Source of the DNA: Lytechinus pictus
Taxonomy: Eukaryota
Assembly: GCF_037042905.1 (NCBI RefSeq)
Contig: NC_087251.1
Location: 26,660,001 to 26,724,000 of the forward strand
Length of the DNA: 64,000 nucleotides
Direction of reading: 5' to 3'
The translations under genes and the position numbers were made by a program. Each line of letters opens with the position of its first letter. Position 1 is the first letter of the stretch. A model generated the notes under the pieces. That model was not told where the DNA came from. It saw only the letters and a list, made by a program, of their open reading frames with translations, and did no database searches. Below are positions 53,175-64,000 of the stretch, in pieces.

Positions 53175-53500
53175 CAAAAGACGTCACAATTATCCGGAAA
53201 AGATATCATTCGATCACCAATACGAACTGGATAACGTTACGGAAGAAAACTTTCAATCGGTGACACGACCACGGGTTCGATGATAACCAGATCGAAAGCA
53301 AGCTCGTAAACTAGAACTTTCTCACTTTTGCGTGTAGATCGCCGTGGAGAAATTTAGGCGAATGCCAACACAACAATACAAAAGTGACAGGACTCCTGGC
53401 TTTATTCCGATCCGCCGAGGCATATCCATAGTTATTTAGATCCAGCTCTCAAACTCGCTGAAGTCCCAGTGTTTTCTTATTCATCTTCACGCTCCACGCA
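53175..53500 (-). promoter_or_regulatory. Candidate non-coding first exon / promoter-proximal region of the giant gene
   Basis: Locally CpG-rich segment ending in a strong donor TTTTG|GTGAGT (GT at 53174-53173). The 5' boundary is approximate. Confidence 0.4.
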
Positions 53501-56500
53501 TCGGGTTGAAAAGGCTGAGAACTTTTGAGTATTTTTTTTCTCTCTTTTGACTCTACACCTAGACAAATGATTAAACTGCCCCCGTTCCGATGTTCCAAAC
53601 CTCCCTATTATCCACTGGTCGGGGATGAAAGTCTTCCATACCACAAAGTTAATCCCCATTCTCTAGCATTATACTGTCATGTACTTAAAGTCATAGAAAA
53701 GGTATATTTTACTCAAAAAATCCACATTCCAAACATATCTTCACTTTGTCAACTTTTTCTTCCAAATTGAAAACCAAATGACAGAGTTGACTTTGCGTGT
53801 TTACAAACAAAAAGTATGTAGAAGTCACTGAATGATTGAAATCTTAACGCAGTTTTGTAACTTTTGGTGTAATTTGGATTAAATTTGGCGTAAGTTAGTT
53901 TATCTTTGGTCCCTTACCTTTCGATTCTATACGTAACCTGACCATATTCTTTTTGAAAACCCAAAATACCATGCCAAAGTATTCGATTCGACTCAAAAGA
54001 AATTCCAACAGGTATGAACAACAATTGCGGTAATAACAACAATAAAAAAATGATGAAATTCTTGGCAGTCTTCTATTATCATGATTATTCGATCACGTTC
54101 AAACTACAACCAGATCTATATAGTACAGTGCTCCTCTGGATTATATATAATTGTCGAGACTTATGCCAGAAACGTAGAGTCAAACAAGTTAAGAAAGTAG
54201 GATACTAGACAAAAATCTTTTGGGCGACATTTTTACGTAACCTTTTTCACATTTAAATGAAAATGAATGAACTTTATAGAGAACCAGCTCCTCCTGAAAA
54301 CAAATCGGAGAAAAGTAAGTGCAATGATTTTTTAAGTACACGGCATTCACCACGATAACCGTATGAGTCAACTACATGAAAGTTAAATCACACGATCAAT
54401 ATTTACTTGTACTTTTTAAGTACGTTATATGCAAACAATATCCAACCAATAAAATGCGCATTATGATCTCTTCCTACCATCAACAGTAATGAAGAATAAA
54501 CACCTGATAACATTTCCAGCCAAACTTACTATTCGAAACCTTACTCTTTTTAAACTTCATACAAATTGGGTTCCTCTTTTTCAAACTTGTTGATGTAATA
54601 TTCATTCTAAGCTTTTGTTTTATTCCATTGATCACAGAGCGGTAGGTTGGCTGGAATTCCACTCTATTAATCACTTTGATATGTGGAAGGGTGATTGGTG
54701 TAATAATAGTAAAAACGATAATTATGAAGTAATTACAATAAAAAAATGATGATAATAATAATAATAATTTTGATAATAAGAAGAATAAGAATAAGAAAAA
54801 TAATAAAAAGAGTTCTTACTTCCATTTTTTTTCTTCTAATTTTATTGAAAAATATTTTTAACATTTTCTCTTCATATTTTCATTTCATTGCAAAATTTAA
54901 AATAAATGAAAAAATGGCAACAGATTCTCTTAAATTATAAGTTGGGATTAATTCAATCAATACTTACTGCTATACTACCTATTGTATTAATCATATTTTC
55001 TCAGATTGAAAAAAAAACATTAATTAGAAATTCGTGCTTGATCTGCACTTATTGTTTGCGGGGTTTTCTTAATTACTTCTGGAATTCACGACATAGAATA
55101 AACATTTTAGTAATCACGAATGTTTGACATGGTGATTGTGTAAAACCATAACCAGAACAGAAATATGCGAACGATTTATTCACCTTGCATAAAAAAAAAA
55201 CACTAGTATTCTGCCTATTGTTGAAAATCCTGATAAAATATTTGACCGATTTGGGACAAATCACTAGGGATTGATATCGGATATTGCGAAATAATTTCTA
55301 TGATAGATTTCCGGAAGTGTATTGCCAACATATTTTCCAAATAATAATCTTATTAAGATCATTTAGTTTATTAAGTTAAGTTAGTTTCTCGGTGCGGCTC
55401 TTATGATATGAATAGATCTGTGTATACTTTATATTTGATCGCAATTTATTTCTAAATAAAAACAATGCAGTTATGCAGGAATCCATTTTAATGTTTTAAG
55501 AATTGTTATCTCCCTCTCTTTAAAGACAAAAATTCAGAATTATGTCACTTCCATCATGCCCATGTCTCCACAGATCCTGTCAGTGTGATGTAAATCGATA
55601 CAGAACTTCCATGCGACGAAACAAATTTAGCCTAAATTCCAAAAAAAGGGGTTATATTTCGGTGGCATATACAAACTTTTTTTTTATATAGATCTAATAA
55701 AATCATTACTCTCTAGACCGTAAAATTAAAGATAAATGACATACTCAGAATGGTTAAAGAAGATGATCGTGAAAATTCGGCGAAAATGGTCTTATGCATG
55801 AATGGGCCACAATAGGCTATAGGTTACAAAACACTGAAATAACTTTCACTCAATAACTCAAGTGGAGCTAAGCCGATTTGAAGAAAAATATAATATGTCT
55901 GCATGTTATTTTGCTATCTTGATCATCTTTTATGAATATTCTAAGAATCATTTGAAATTAGATCTGTCTGTTCTAATAAAATTTGATCGCTCTGTCTCCA
56001 TCCTCCACATCTCTTTATTCCAGTCTCGCCCACCCCTTTCTTTCTATTTCTAATCTACCTGTGCATTATTTTGTGTTCTTTAATTTTTTCATTATTATCT
56101 TGGGGGCCAAATTAATGGCAATATATCACCAATCTTAATAAAATTGTTATTGATCCCCTTTCCACGCATAAACAGTTAAACAAAATTCATACCATTATAG
56201 ACATTATCAAACAAGTGTTACACAATTGCTAACCAATACGCTATATACACTTTAAAGTGGTTCGAGACTCACGTAACCGGAAGTATTACACGATATTTAT
56301 GAGTGCGAGAATTTCAAATGACATGGAAACTGAGAATAATTCTGAGTATATTCCTGTCACTGTCTCAACATCTATACGAACTATATCAAATCCATTGTAA
56401 GCCACAGTATACATCACGTTTACCACAGTGTGTGGTAGGCTTAGAACCTCGTCTAATGCCAGTATTACTTTCATAAGTCCCTGTGACACTCCTTCTTCAT

Positions 56501-58541
56501 TAAAGGAAACACGGTCTGCTTTTCAAATTCAATATATTTGATAGGAGGACCTATCTGGTAATTGATGTTAGACCCATCCTATTAAATATATTCCATGTTT
56601 TTCTATCATTTAAGTGTTGGAACCTTTTAATATATACATTAGCATGTGTGCACATCACATTAAGATGTTTGGTCGTAAAGGGGAGACGAATCGAATTAGA
56701 ATACGAGCAAAATGAATAAAAGTTTATCTTCCTAAGTTAATTAGGTCGATGCATACAAATCCAATTTATTTGGCGTAAGACCATTAAGTGATGAGAATAG
56801 ACTTGGATGCTATGAATCTGAGAGGTATGTTTACAAGCATAAACATGTTGAAGCGTAGATTGATGCTCGTGACAGAACGAACAATCCTTCACTCTGAAAA
56901 TTGGAGCTCATTGTTTCTATAATCATTTTGAGGTCCATCATCCATTCACCATTACAAAACACATTTGTTATACGAAGTTTCCATCTTTTTCATACAACCA
57001 AGGGAAGTTTAACAGTGGGAATAAATTCTACTAGGAAAGATTGAAAGGTAATGTTATCAAAGCACAATGTTGTTTTTGATCATTTACTATTCAGTCATAT
57101 TCAAAATTTTGATATAACACTGGTGTGTATAATATATCACTCTGTGGTCAAAGAAACTTCGAACTTTATTTGATTAAATACACATTGTAAACTGTTACAT
57201 AGTTACTACAGTGATGAGTTCACACTTAAACACGCAGGTTAAATAACTACTTGTACAAAGTAAGCAAAGTGTCCACTCTGTAATTCTCAATTTGATGGCA
57301 TTCATACTTAATTCGAATATTATGAATATGTATATCTGCTACTTTCAAGACGACAGAGAAGTGTTCTCGTGTTTACCATCCTTCCGCCAAATAACTTCTA
57401 AGGTAATTTCATTTTTTTTTAATGAAATCGCAAATTTTTGGCTTTTTATCATTCTCCCATGACTGAGAGAACTTGATTAAACTTTGATAAAATGATTTTA
57501 AACCACCCTCCCCTTATAACAATGTTAGCCATATTTCAAACTCTCAGTACTTATTTGGATAATATGTAAAAAGATGTTGAAATTTCACGTCCTCGTGTGA
57601 AAAATTATCGCTCCCCCGTGACAAACCCTAGAACTGAATTTAACAGTGTAAAAATAAGAACCATGCTCCGAATGGAATTGCAACGGAATCTGTTAACCTA
57701 CAAAGCAAAGCGTAAAGAGTCATATGATATGAATAGCGTGATAAATTTCACAATAATTTCACCAAGCGAACTAAAATGGATCCTTAGATTTCATGTGAGT
57801 AAATTGCATGACGATCAGATCAGACTTCAAAACGGGGCTAGCATTTAGCGATTTAATGAATTACTGCAAACGAGGACTCTTACTAATTAAATCTTTTCTA
57901 TCATTTTACATTTAAAAAATCTACTTGCAAAGTTTTAAATTTGCTAAAATGAACTTCACCAAATTATGATACTGCATTTTCCACGAGGAAGAAGCAAACC
58001 TACTCGACTACGGAATTTTCTGTCTTATATTTATTTGAATTCGTTCTTATGTACTAGACAAAACAATCCACACCAAATTATATAATGACAACATTAGCCC
58101 ATTTTGTGCGACTGTTTGATGAATAGGCACTAATGAAGGTGCCATAGCGGTACGCTGAATAATGTCACAATGTTGAACTGCGGTATGCCAGTGTGTTTCA
58201 TTGAAAAGACACGTACTACACTGTGAAAAGAAACGACCTGCTACTCCAGGCAAATTCGGTGTTATAATTCGTCCAACGGCGCGTATCAGCGATCACCATA
58301 CAAGGGAAGTACCGTGTCTAATTAAAACGGCTCACCTATTACAGTGAAATAAATTGTTTTCAACACCAGATACCCACACTCTGCTAACTAGTCTGATCAC
58401 CAGGTATATATGAACAGCGTGATGGTGGTTAATTTGTCAGTTAACACACAGCCGCCATGTTTTAAAGCTGATTTTGAGATTCTTAAATAAAAAAAATGAC
58501 GACAATTAAGCGTACACGGTTTGCATTATAAAGATAATCTT

Positions 58542-58670
58542 GGTCCCGTAACACAAAGGTTAGCGATTAATCGTACGCTTGATTTTTACGATTGATTGTA
58601 CATTATAGTCAATGCAATTAATCGTAAAAGAATGTTCTACGATCATTACTAACCTCTGTGTTACGGGCCC
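58542..58670. mobile_element. ~130-bp MITE, PIF/Harbinger (Tourist)-like
   Basis: Inverted termini ggtcccgtaacacaaaggttag ... ctaacctctgtgttacgggccc, flanked by ctt/ctg (imperfect 3-bp duplication). Confidence 0.65.
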
Positions 58671-61600
58671 CTGATTATCATTTCTGAAAGTATTAAGAGA
58701 AAATACATCAATGCTCATCAATTAAATACCAGCAAACAAAACAATAGAAGCAAGAGAAAAGAAGTTGGGAACAGTCCGCAGTATATAGTGTACAAAATGA
58801 TGAGTAGCCTAATGGCTTGGAAATGGTGGCTGTGTATAATTTATCCACACTGTGTCAGCAGGGATTCAATGTACAGATACGTCAGCTTTCACAACAGTGA
58901 CATAGTGTGGCACTGAAAAGGACATAGAATGGATACAAGCTGGTGTGGCCAAAATGCACGGGAAACGCCAAAAGTGTAGACACTGAGCTGCACACACCGT
59001 TTCCACGTTATATTGCTCTTATTACTGTGGCGCTGCTTTCTGTCTGTTTTGCTTATGGATTAATGCATTTTCATTTTCGATTAACTTTCGACCATGTATA
59101 ATGTTTACCATTTGAGCTAAATTAATTCGACTATGACTTTAGACACGTATTCTTAATCTAATTTCACAATCATAACATTCGTCTATCCTTGCAAAATGAA
59201 TGTTTGAAAGACACATATCTGTAAAAAGCCTTCGCGGTTGCCTTGTGGTAACATGCGTAAATCCTCGTACCACAAACTGGGAACACAGCGCGTGGGACAT
59301 GGGTTTCTTCCTCCTTTTATTTTCAAGATATTATTTACATAATACTTTGAGCTTCAACATGGCAGTTTTTGTTTGCTTTGAAATGGTGATTCACTGTATC
59401 TACTTGATCAGCGATATTTTCCTCCTTAGAGACTGCATGATCCTTTTAAGAAAATAGAATATAGATTTTTTTTTAAGTTCAAGCTAAACGTTTAACGAAA
59501 CCTTGATTTTCAGACAAGGTTGTCTTCATCCAAATCTTAATTTAAAATGGCAGATTTTTAACCAGATCTGAAACTCATAATATCAGTTTTTAGAAGACCC
59601 AGCCGATTCTTATAAGATATGCTTTTGATTACATGTGATATCGTTTGCAAACTGAAGTAATCAAAATGATACATATATACTTTAAATCTACAAAAGGTAA
59701 AATATATTTATTTTTATAAATTCCTTAAAAGGCAACTGCTTCATATATTCAATGTCATGATTGTGGTTCAAGCAGTCTATTAACTCTAGCTTCGTAAAAC
59801 CTTCAGTACTCACGAAAATCAATCTGGATGGAGAAAAATATTGTTATTCATTTTAATAACAATATCTATAAAAATATTAATGATTATTTTATTTAAAGGA
59901 TATTCCAGTAGTAAGTGAGCATAGCTGTAGAATTATTATTTTTCTTTTCTGTTATTGCAAATGAGCAGAAGGCAGGAATCACCCGATATTAATGGGCTAT
60001 TACACAGTCATGGTAGTGGGTATTATTTGCCAAGCTCCTGATTACCACACCACATCTCAGCAAAATTAGCAATGTAACACACTACGTGGGAATTTTCAGT
60101 CAAAGTCATCACAATAAAAACGTTTAAGATAAAAAAAAATTCATCCTCACTTATCCTTCCAAATGTCATCTGGAAAGAAAACAAAAGCAACCACGATTAA
60201 TTTCAGGACTGTCAAGTATATGTTTATTTGGATTTGTCAAAGGAACGGCTGAAAATCGCATCCATCATCCAGATGGTTAAAAAGGGAAAACCATTCCATT
60301 ACCATGGTAACCAACTGATGTGGCGAGCATGCTTGGGAAATAATGTACACTTTTTTGGAGACAAGGTAATCATACTCATGACTCAGCGTAGGCATATAAT
60401 CCAGTGACGTAAATTGATGCTCATTAATACACGTCAAAACAAAATTGCCTTTGTTTTGCAATACGCTTATTTTCTGGTATATTTTGAAGGTGACATCTGT
60501 GTACATACAGATTCTATATTCTAAGCTCTTACGCACAGATTTAATATTTAATTTGAATACCAATTTTTCATTAGAATGCAATTCGATGATGCCTTGATTT
60601 GTTGTTGGGTTCGCCTGGTCATATTTCCCCCATTTCCTACCGCCACATTCTTATAACTTCTTACCATTAATCTATCAGGATTTCATACATACTACATACA
60701 TTCAGTAAATCATATTTCCCTACACATTTTGAATATAAAATTAGCTTACAAGATATTGTGAAGTATTATTGGCACGAGCACTCACTTCTAGTATATTAAT
60801 GAGTCTTTGTGATAATGAAATAGGCAGATACAGTACGAGGAGCAAAAGCATCAAGGTCAATACCAACAAAGCAATTGAGATTAAACTATTACAGTGTGCA
60901 ATTACGCAACTTACCCACTACTTGATGCAAATAAATACACAGAAAAGGGGTTTCCTCAAACCAGACTCCAATCAGAGACAATTACTATTTCACGTTCCTC
61001 ACGCAAATACATGAGCGTCAATAGTTATGGCTTCGTGACAGTCAATGCGCACTGAATCTACACCTTCACTCCATCTCCACAAGTGCAAGGGCATCTCTGA
61101 TCACGTTTTACATGCGTTATATCAATCATGATATGGCTTTGTGCTTGCTCTCCCAGTCATGTCGACCAAACACGGAAAAAAATCTAATGGTATCCTGATC
61201 TATTCAATATCTTGCTACACCATAATGATCTATTAAAATCAGTGCATCGTCACAATGATATTTTTCTATCACCTTCATGGTTTTCCTTTGAGCGTGGAGA
61301 GCGGTCACGGTTGTGTTGATATGCGACAATAATAACGCCTTCTCTCCGCGGGACGCGATCCACGTGGCTTATCTCAAACCGTGGAGGGAAGCAGGATTAT
61401 AGCATTGGAAAGAAGACTTTTTTTTTTTTTTGGAAATTATTCAAGTCTGAATAACTGCTAAGAGATGAGACGCACATAATCCAAAGACGATCGGTCATCA
61501 TTACGGTTTGAAAAAAAATGAAACGAGGCGCCATTTCATGCAGTACTTACGTATTTATTTTACAACTTATTTTTCAAAAACGGTTATGTACAACATTGCC

Positions 61601-63515
61601 AACAAGACTACTACTACATGCAGAATGTGAAAGATGAGCAACTAGGACGTAGAGTCTGACACAAAGTATCGTAAACCTTGTATTGATGAGAGACATAATA
61701 TAATTGCACAATAGTAAGAACGCATGCAATATGCCCTCCTACTCCATAAGCGAAATGAAGGTTGATACAGATTCCCTTTCAAAAGCATATCAAAAGAATG
61801 GCAATATAGATTTGAAATAAATCCTCTCTGTGGTGTTACTATGAAAATAAACATGTATTCCATTTACAAATACAAATAGCATTGCTCCGCACATTTAAAA
61901 AATTAACGACTCATTCTATGTTATTTGACATTTCTAAAGATCCCAAGATGAATACAGATGTATTTGATAAAGTACCATCTGTCGAGACTTTATTTACTGA
62001 AAAATGAGGTATTAACTTTGTTAGGGTATTTCCATTTGATCAGAATGACAAGGTCAATGCAATAATAAAATATATAGTTTGGTTATTACAGATAGCATTG
62101 AATCAAATGTCGATATTTTATTGATATAGGTGTAGTTTATAATATGATAACATCGGGAGCTAATGCTCATTCGATAAAAGTTATTAAATAACAATTTGGG
62201 GAGTATAATTTTCTGACTAGAATTTATCTTCGGAATGATTCTTGCAGAAGATTTCAAATCTATTTCGCATCCATGATATGCCTTGTTATAATGATTGCAA
62301 TGCACACACGTTCAAACGCTATGACACACACGCACACCTTCGCACAGACCTTCATCACACATCCACACACAGAAATAACGATATGTACAACATATTAATC
62401 AGTAGTAAATCATATCCCTTAAACCGATGAGGATAAAGAAAAAAGACAAGATGCTTCTTTGGAAGAAGAAACAGTGTCTGAATTAATAAATGCCCTCAAA
62501 TTCATCCAGTAGAGGGCTCGTATCAAATAAGGAAACGTGAATCGGCCAGTGAAACATATGCTCATCAAATTATGCTAACGAGGAGGAGAGGAGGAATCAT
62601 ACTTGGTGGAATTGATGAGATTTTAACGAAAGAGAGAGATGGAGGATGAGAGGAATAAGAAAAGGACATCTATCGCTCCGGGAAGGTTTGTGAAACAGCT
62701 GCATGCTGCGTGTGTTCCGGGGACTCTAACAATATTAAATGACATCATTTTCCTTAGCCTATTCCTAGTCTCTTGTACATTATAAATATTACAAATATTC
62801 AGAATCGACCTTGAAATTCATTGACTACTGCCTGGCTAAAGTGACTTGCCTTTCATGTCATTATTTCAGAAAGTGTGTGAAATTAACGTGAAATTATTGT
62901 CTTTAGTTAAAAAAGATCACAATATGACGCCAAAACATGCAACGAAAACAAATAAACTAATTAATAAATAACCAGTTTAGTCAGGGAAAAGATCACATAC
63001 CTTTGAATACTCCTGAATCCATACTATGATTTTAAAGGAAACAACCTGAAACAATGCAATGCTCACCGTAATAATGATGCACTTGATAATGCGATGATAA
63101 GCAAGAACTAAAACAATTAAGATTTAAAGGAGAAGTTGAACCAACTCTTTACTGTGATATATACTCCTCCAATCCAACAAAAGACATTTAATTGCTATTA
63201 TTCCTGTGCTCAATTTAATGCACCCCTGTTTCCATGACAACGCCACCTCCGATATCATACTCGAATGTCATCATCCTCTAATCCAATAAAGCATATATAC
63301 ATTGCCGTAGGGTATACCCCTCTATCAATTCACTATTCGCCAGAGCAGATGGTCGTTGCTATATTATACATCGAAAATCATGCACTTTGAAATCAAATAT
63401 AAAGCCACCGGGATGACGTTGACAGGTTCGCCTCGCAAACTTGCATGGATTACAATCAGCAATTTGGTATTTAATTTAAAAATTCTGAATACTGCCAGTA
63501 TAATAAGATGGTTAA

Positions 63516-63910
63516 AGAGAAATTCCAGTAGTTGCAGTAAACACTGATTTCATGAGAAAGTCTGTAAAACCAGGCTTAATTGTCAGTATATCATCGAGGA
63601 TCTAGATCTGGTACAGTTACATAAACTGAACTTTGTGAAATCTTGAAATCTACGCTGAAAAATGTTCAGACTGAATTTCCCCAACACAGATAAGCGCACG
63701 TGGGACAGTGTATAATTATTGCTTTGAGCGTCGGGCCCGACGCTCTACCCGAATCCTGTGCTTATTTGCTGATTTCTCAGCAATTACACAATTTCTTCCA
63801 GAATCCTTTGGCACATGCGTTTTATTTATACAAACAGACACTTTGGTGGTCATTTCATTGGATTCTGTACGAACTCATTTTGATATCGTTACCAAAACTA
63901 GCATTTACCT
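63516..63910. mobile_element. 395-bp TTAA-flanked non-autonomous element with short imperfect TIRs (Kolobok-like)
   Basis: TTAA|agagaaattccagt ... actagcatttacct|TTAA, with AG..CT termini and a 10/14 TIR match. Confidence 0.6.
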
Positions 63911-64000
63911 TTAACACCAATTTTTGTTATCATCAATCCGAAAAATACTTTACCAGGCATTAAAATAATAATGGATTTTAAAGTAGATTACATGGACAAA

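Noticed and set aside
44500-64000. Numerous 60-130-aa ORFs in the upstream region
   Set aside because: No recognisable domains, coding bias or consistent splice structure. Several derive from microsatellites or MITEs.

Overview
Eukaryotic, AT-rich, intron-containing animal DNA. The repeat families suggest a marine invertebrate, probably a sea urchin/echinoderm (inference only). The window holds essentially one gene, on the minus strand. Four coding exons join in frame at canonical GT-AG sites: 44051-43736 (phase 1), 28184-28083 (phase 1/1), 23992-23901 (phase 1/0) and a 20.8-kb terminal exon 22481-1668. This gives a 21,324-nt CDS and a ~7,107-aa protein. The protein starts with an N-myristoylation signal (MGNKAS) and a MARCKS-effector-like basic segment, and has no PDZ domain. 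About 5,500 aa of Gly/Asp/Lys-rich AHNAK/periaxin-like repeats follow, in three tandem arrays studded with roughly 40 Lys-rich/FGFG clusters. A compositionally different ~1,500-aa tail carries a Cobl-type KRAP motif, SH3-ligand motifs and repeated W-(K/R)-x-x-L-K-K motifs. The introns and upstream region contain TTAA-flanked (Kolobok-like) MITEs, other palindromic elements, a probable P-superfamily excision footprint, microsatellites and one assembly gap. No RNA genes or CRISPR arrays were seen.
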